DNA of 64,000 nt from an uncultured Mycoplasmatota bacterium. GTDB lineage: Bacteria > Bacillota_I > Bacilli_A > RF39 > UBA660. This document shows positions 59,124 to 64,000 of this stretch, one piece after another. The notes beneath the pieces were generated by a model. It made no database searches. It saw only the letters and a list, made by a program, of their open reading frames with translations, and was not told where the DNA came from. Each line of letters starts with the position of its first letter. The stretch's first letter is position 1. The stretch is from assembly GCA_947646095.1 (NCBI GenBank), contig CANSFI010000005.1:6703-70702 (forward strand), given 5' to 3'. Both the position numbers and the translations under genes were made by a program.

Positions 59124-60115
59124 TATGCCTTCTTTTTTTTGTCTTTAGATAAATACCATTCAATTAACTTTTTTTCATTATTTCTAAATTTACCTTTTGC
59201 TATTTTTTTGTCTTTACGGTATTCTTCTCTTTCTTCTTCTGAAGTATAATTATTATAATATTGGGAATCAATTCTATTTTCTAATATTACAATAGGTTTT
59301 TTATCGTAATTTTTCTTTTGCTCTTTTTGAACAATTTTTCTACAGTAAGGACAATTAAGACAACTTGCGTGAGTATCAACAAAAAAGTTACCACAATTAA
59401 AACAAGTAAATAATTTATAGTCATAGTTTGTAGAAAAAATAATATTAAGAAATGAATATACCAATTCAAGTTCGTTTTTACAAAAAGAAGAATAGGTAAT
59501 TATCATATCAGCATTACTCTCCTTTTGGTTTAGAAATTCTTGATTAAAATCTTTACTGTTAAATTTTATCATCTTATATTTTAATTTGATATTATCAGTT
59601 TTACTATCTTTTTTTATAGAATAACTATCATAGAATAACTTTGAAAGTTGTACTTGGCTATTACTAATACTTCTCTTTTTATCATCATCAAAGCTCGAAT
59701 AATAATTTTGTAATTTTATTATATCTTTATATCTAATATTTGATTTATTAATTTTATCAGCAAGTCTTGTTTCAATGCTTTTTTGTATAGGGTTAATTTT
59801 TATGCTAGAGGTAAATAGAAAATAATTCCATACATCGGAATTTATATAATTTTTTTTAGTTAATGTTAGACTGAATGAGAAAATAGTATCTACTATTTCT
59901 TTTGTTCTTTTTGTTATATTAGAAAAGATACCATTAGAAAAAGGAACATCTACAATAAAAATGCCTTCCTGTGTATCATAATATTCATATTTTATTTCAA
60001 ATTTAGGAATAATATTTTTTTCTTCTTCAGAATAACTGATTTGAATAAAAGGACATATTATTTTAGTTTTAATGTCATAGCATTCTTTATAAAGTAATTG
60101 CATATATACCTCCAT
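59120..60115 (-). CDS. hypothetical protein with C-terminal Cys4 zinc ribbon
   Basis: CFNCGNFF...CLNCPYC. It converges on the resolvase gene with a 4-nt overlap. Confidence 0.5.
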   Translation of the reverse strand: MEVYMQLLYKECYDIKTKIICPFIQISYSEEEKNIIPKFEIKYEYYDTQEGIFIVDVPFSNGIFSNITKRTKEIVDTIFSFSLTLTKKNYINSDVWNYFLFTSSIKINPIQKSIETRLADKINKSNIRYKDIIKLQNYYSSFDDDKKRSISNSQVQLSKLFYDSYSIKKDSKTDNIKLKYKMIKFNSKDFNQEFLNQKESNADMIITYSSFCKNELELVYSFLNIIFSTNYDYKLFTCFNCGNFFVDTHASCLNCPYCRKIVQKEQKKNYDKKPIVILENRIDSQYYNNYTSEEEREEYRKDKKIAKGKFRNNEKKLIEWYLSKDKKKKAY

Positions 60116-60274
60116 AAAATACCGAAATTAAAATCACAAAATAAGTTCGGAAAGTTAGTTTCATTTTATCATATAATCACCTAAAATGGAATTAGTCAAA
60201 GAGAAATTGTAAAAATTTGAAAGTCGACTAAAGATTTCCTTTGATGTAAAAATTACGAAAGAGAGGAAAAAAAT

Positions 60275-60781
60275 ATGTCAAAGAAATTAAAAACAAAAAT
60301 TAAAGAAAGGGTTGTGTTATATGTTTATTATGATGAATGTGAAATAGATTTTGCTTGTGAGAAAGAAAAAATGCTTAGAAAACTTTGCAAGGATAAAAAT
60401 TATGATATTGTTGGTATTTTTAGGAGTCCATATTATTCAGATTTAGAAGGGTTAAGTCCAGATATTAAAACAGTAATGGAAGATGCAAAAAATGAAAAAT
60501 TTGATAGATTCTTATGTTATTCATTAAGAGAAATATCTGATAATGCTGAATTGCAAACAGTAATAGCAAATATTATAGGATTTTGTGGAGTTCCAGTTGA
60601 AACTATAATTGAGGGGAAAATGGATGATGATTTTTTCTTCGCCATATCATTATTTGAAAATTATAATCATAAAGAGGAACTACAAACTAGTAAAAATCCT
60701 TATAAAGCTAGAATAATGTGCGATTTAAATGCTTACCAAATTGAAAAAAGCAATAATGAAATTAAAGGTTTACCATTTTAA
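60275..60781 (+). CDS. non-catalytic resolvase-like domain protein
   Basis: VVLYVYYDECEIDFACEKEK replaces the YxRxS motif, but the overall pattern matches a resolvase N-terminal domain (..DIVGIF...KFDRFLCYSLREISDN). Confidence 0.4.
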   Translation: MSKKLKTKIKERVVLYVYYDECEIDFACEKEKMLRKLCKDKNYDIVGIFRSPYYSDLEGLSPDIKTVMEDAKNEKFDRFLCYSLREISDNAELQTVIANIIGFCGVPVETIIEGKMDDDFFFAISLFENYNHKEELQTSKNPYKARIMCDLNAYQIEKSNNEIKGLPF

Positions 60782-60834
60782 GTCTATAAGTATTATAGAT
60801 TTAATAAAATCATACATTTAACTAGGTGGTATAA

Positions 60835-60939
60835 ATGAAAATAGTTAATGTTTTCGATGATAATGGGAAAACACTACAAGATATTATAGAGCAGTTTCTT
60901 ATTGATTACTGTTTGGAGATTGGTTCTTTCAAAAAATAA
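60835..60939 (+). CDS. small TnpW-like protein (34 aa)
   Basis: Below the ORF-track cutoff. AGGTGG sits 5 nt upstream. Product MKIVNVFDDNGKTLQDIIEQFLIDYCLEIGSFKK. It lies directly upstream of the LSR gene. Confidence 0.35.
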   Translation: MKIVNVFDDNGKTLQDIIEQFLIDYCLEIGSFKK

Positions 60940-60987
60940 TACTATAATATAATTGTTAATGTGTTTTACCAAGAAAGGAGTGGAAAT

Positions 60988-62550
60988 TTGAAAGGTAAGA
61001 CATATAAAACCGCTTTGTATATTAGATTATCTCGAGATGATGGCGATAATATGGAAAGTGAAAGCATTAAAAATCAAAGAGATTTGTTGCAAATGTTCTT
61101 AGAGCAAACAGAAGAAAAACTTTTGTATGTAGATGAATATGTTGATGATGGCTATACCGGTTCTAATTTTAACAGACCTGCTTGGCAAAAACTATTAACA
61201 GATATTGATAGTGGAAAGATAAATACAATTATTACAAAAGATTTATCTCGTATGGGTAGAGACTATATCTCTATGGGGGAATATATTGAAAGAATATTCC
61301 CCGAACGAGGTATAAGATATATTGCTTTAAATGATGACATAGATACATTTTATGAAACACCAGGGTTAGAATTTTTACAATTCAAGTTAATGTTTAATGA
61401 TTACTATTTAAAAGATACATCAAAAAAGATTAGAAAAATAGTAAAAGCGAAAAAAGAAAAAGGACAATTTCTAGGGTGGAAAGCAGTATATGGTTATAAA
61501 AAAGATCCTAATGATAAACATAAAATAATTGTAGATGAGGAAGTTAGACCTATTATTGAAAGAATGTTTAACCTAGTAATAGAGGGTAAAAGTCCAAGAC
61601 AAATAGCAAATATATTCTCTGATGAGCATATTCCAACACCTAGTGTTTATGCTAATCTAAATAGAGGTATGAAATCCACAGCATATGAATTATGGTGTCC
61701 TAGAACTATTGAAGAAATGCTTACCAATGAAACATATATAGGAAATCTTACACAAGGAAGAAGAAGAAAATTAAACTATAAATCTAAGAAAGAAATTAGA
61801 ACCCCTAAGGAAGAATGGATTATAACTGAAAATACCCACGAACCAATTATTGATAAAAAGGTATTTAACACAGTGCAAGACTTATTAAAAAAGAATAAGA
61901 ATAAACCAACTGGCAATAATATTCAATTACTTTCTGGCTTTATGGTATGTAAAGAATGCGGACACGCAATAGGAATAAATAAAAGTAGCGATGGCAAAAG
62001 AAAATATTGTTGTTGTACTTATTATATTTCACATAGTAAATATGGCTTATGTACTCCACATAGTTGTAATTATGATAAATTGGAAAATGCTATATTAGAA
62101 GAAATTAAAAAAATGTGTACTGAATATGTAGATAGTAGTACATTTAAGGACAAAGTAGATGAAGCGAAGAAGAAAAATGATATTAGAGTTAAACTACAAA
62201 AAGAAATCAACATATTAGATAGAAAAGTTAGTAGTAATCTATCCTATATTGATAAAGTATATGAAGACAAGTTAAAAGGCGACATTGATATAGAAATGTT
62301 TAATCGTTTAACTATCAAATATAAAGAAGAAATAGAACAATGGAAAAGCAAGAAATCAGAGTTTGAATTAGAACTTAATAATATTGATAAAGAAGATACT
62401 AATAAGGAAAAAGAAGAAATACTAAAAAAGATAAACGAATATTTATCTTTTGAAAAACCAAATAGAAATTTATTAGTTAATCTAATTGATAAGATACTTA
62501 TTAGTGAAGATAAAACAGTAGAAATACATTATAAATTTAAACTGGCATAA
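60988..62550 (+). CDS. large serine recombinase (element B)
   Basis: ALYIRLSRDDGDNMESESIKNQ, DLSRMGRD, recombinase and zinc-ribbon (CKECGH...CC) domains and a coiled-coil. TTG 60988 lies about 7 nt after the AGGAG core of AAAGGAGTGG. Confidence 0.85.
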   Translation: MKGKTYKTALYIRLSRDDGDNMESESIKNQRDLLQMFLEQTEEKLLYVDEYVDDGYTGSNFNRPAWQKLLTDIDSGKINTIITKDLSRMGRDYISMGEYIERIFPERGIRYIALNDDIDTFYETPGLEFLQFKLMFNDYYLKDTSKKIRKIVKAKKEKGQFLGWKAVYGYKKDPNDKHKIIVDEEVRPIIERMFNLVIEGKSPRQIANIFSDEHIPTPSVYANLNRGMKSTAYELWCPRTIEEMLTNETYIGNLTQGRRRKLNYKSKKEIRTPKEEWIITENTHEPIIDKKVFNTVQDLLKKNKNKPTGNNIQLLSGFMVCKECGHAIGINKSSDGKRKYCCCTYYISHSKYGLCTPHSCNYDKLENAILEEIKKMCTEYVDSSTFKDKVDEAKKKNDIRVKLQKEINILDRKVSSNLSYIDKVYEDKLKGDIDIEMFNRLTIKYKEEIEQWKSKKSEFELELNNIDKEDTNKEKEEILKKINEYLSFEKPNRNLLVNLIDKILISEDKTVEIHYKFKLA

Positions 62551-62620
62551 TATTATAAGTTTTAAATCCGAGGGGCTTTTCGGCAGTAGAACTTATGATA
62601 TTTTTTTTAATAAAATTTTT

Positions 62621-62646
62621 ATCATAAGTTTACCATCCGATGACCT
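62621..62646. repeat. right junction of element B: terminal inverted repeat plus core ACCT
   Basis: ATCATAAGTTTACCATCCGATG (62621-62642), then ACCT (62643-62646). Confidence 0.75.
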
Positions 62647-63080
62647 TTTCTACCACCAATAACATATTTTCCTTTTAAATCTTCTAGTTTAAAATTATCA
62701 TATTTTTTTCTAGATACTAGAAAGCTACCATCTCTTTTTGTAAGTCCTGAAAAATTTACTAAATAATCCTTTTCTCCTTGATTATAAACATAAATTGTTG
62801 CTTCACTTCCACAAAAACCGATTTGAACATCATCTGAAAGTACTGCAGCTGTTACCTTATCTGCTCCAGGTACTAACATAATTTCAACATCTAAACCCTC
62901 TTTTTCAAAATATCCTAATGCGTCTGCCACATATTGTGGAGCATAAAATACACTATGAGTTACCTCAGCTACTTTAACTTTCTTTAAATTACTATCTTCT
63001 TTATTAAATTTAATTAATATAAAACCTACAATTAATAAAACTAAAACAATAATAGGAATAATTATCTTTTTCAAATTCAT
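62622..63080 (-). pseudogene. ABC substrate-binding protein (NMT1/THI5-like), 5' fragment
   Basis: Signal-anchor, then ...VTHSVFYAPQYVADALGYFEKEGLDVE...GKYVIGGRKG|. The host part is 62643..63080; the last six codons (HRMVNL) and the stop come from element B. Confidence 0.85.
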
Positions 63081-63176
63081 TCTCCTTTCTTTAATCTAGT
63101 TTATTATATTCATATAATCGATAAAGGTGATTTTAAATAATTATAAAAAAACTATAGAATATCTATAGAATTTATT

Positions 63177-64000
63177 TTAAACTAATTCATCATTTGATTT
63201 AGCATTTATATCTAAATCTGATGTTTTTCCTAATTTATAAGCATAATACCCAGCAGCCCCAATCATAGCTGCGTTATCAGTACAATACCTAACTGGAGGA
63301 ATGCTTAAATTGATGTTATTTTGTTCACATAATTTTTCAAGCTTTTCTCTTAATCCCTTATTAGCAGCTACTCCACCTGCTACAATTAAATTATCAACAT
63401 TATATTCTTTTAAAGCTTTTAGTGTTTTTTTAGTTAAGATATCGACTACTCTTGTTTGAAAAGAACAAGCTAAGTTTTTATTATCTATTTCTTTACCACG
63501 TTGTTTTTCATTATGAACTAAATTAATAACAGCACTCTTTAGTCCACTAAAACTAAAATTATAGCTATAGTCATCTAAAGGCAATGGTAATGTGTATAGG
63601 TCTTTTCCTTCATGGGCTAAAACGTCAACTAATGGTCCTCCTGGATATTTAAGTCCCATAACACGTGCAACTTTATCATAAGCTTCTCCAACGGCATCAT
63701 CTAAAGTACCACCAATTTTTTTAAAACTATAATCCTCTTTCATATAAACTAATTCGGTGTGTCCTCCACTTACTACAAGTGCTATAAGAGGAAATCTCAT
63801 GGGTTTAAATAAGTTATTAGCATATATATGTCCTGCTATGTGATGAACAGGTACCAATGGCTTATTATAAATAAAAGCTAATGTTTTTGCTGCTTGTAAT
63901 CCTACTAATAATGAACCAATTAAACCAGGACCATAAGTAACGGCTATAAGGTCGATATCATTCATTGTTAAAGTAGATTTATTTAAAACTTCTTCAATTA
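63177..64000 (-). CDS. tsaD: tRNA N6-adenosine threonylcarbamoyltransferase TsaD (partial; 5' end beyond window)
   Basis: [23 protein letters not shown] and the C-terminal CTDNAAMIG. The frame stays open upstream of the track Met to position 64000 ([16 protein letters not shown]). Confidence 0.9.
   Translation of the reverse strand, partial: IEEVLNKSTLTMNDIDLIAVTYGPGLIGSLLVGLQAAKTLAFIYNKPLVPVHHIAGHIYANNLFKPMRFPLIALVVSGGHTELVYMKEDYSFKKIGGTLDDAVGEAYDKVARVMGLKYPGGPLVDVLAHEGKDLYTLPLPLDDYSYNFSFSGLKSAVINLVHNEKQRGKEIDNKNLACSFQTRVVDILTKKTLKALKEYNVDNLIVAGGVAANKGLREKLEKLCEQNNINLSIPPVRYCTDNAAMIGAAGYYAYKLGKTSDLDINAKSNDELV

Larger units (their letters stand above)
50143..62646. mobile_element. ~12.5-kb integrative element B with a large serine recombinase and defence-like cargo, inserted in the SBP gene
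   Basis: The junction core is repeated, there are terminal IRs, the LSR sits at the right end, and the host gene is restored in frame. Confidence 0.8.

Noticed and set aside
58235-60226. TTTGAAAGTC at 58235-58244 and 60217-60226 (plus GGAAAGTT nearby) as recombination sites flanking the resolvase module
   Set aside because: There are only 10 bp of identity in extremely AT-rich DNA, the spacing to the second motif differs, and the repeats are direct. This is compatible with chance.

Overview
This is a very AT-rich chromosomal segment of low-GC Firmicutes type, read with genetic code 11. I found no rRNA, tRNA or CRISPR array. The backbone is all on the minus strand. It runs: a partial NrtR-like NUDIX gene, a hypothetical gene, ligA, a sugar-phosphate nucleotidyltransferase, a 50-aa membrane ORF and pcrA. 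A decayed GNAT gene and an IS66-family transposase remnant follow, then a NitT/TauT-type ABC transporter operon (SBP, ATPase, permease) and a partial tsaD. The ABC operon is broken at three points by three different elements, each carrying a large serine recombinase (LSR). (1) A ~33.5-kb conjugative element (8055-41579) sits in the permease gene. It carries a Gram-positive type IV secretion module (VirB4, VirB6-like, PrgI-like, M23 hydrolase, VirD4), a relaxase with MobC, ssb, a thioester/Cna-B adhesin with sortase, a VOC-PadR-tet (ribosomal protection) cargo, an orphan DNA methyltransferase and a LysR-NUDIX-oxidoreductase cargo. (2) A ~6.6-kb element (43346-49994) sits in the SBP gene. (3) A ~12.5-kb element (50143-62646) sits 148 bp further into the same SBP gene and is loaded with defence-like genes. 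Joining the host fragments across each element restores in-frame genes of 789 nt and 996 nt. The most novel-looking content is a macro-domain, Ser/Thr kinase and PHP+ABC-ATPase operon on element 3; its ATPase gene carries one in-frame TAA. Other signals are a ~215-nt nested inverted-repeat structure next to the relaxosome genes, a leader-peptide/terminator attenuator with iteron-like repeats, a tandemly duplicated repressor cassette, and an irregular 5' end on the ICE recombinase gene.
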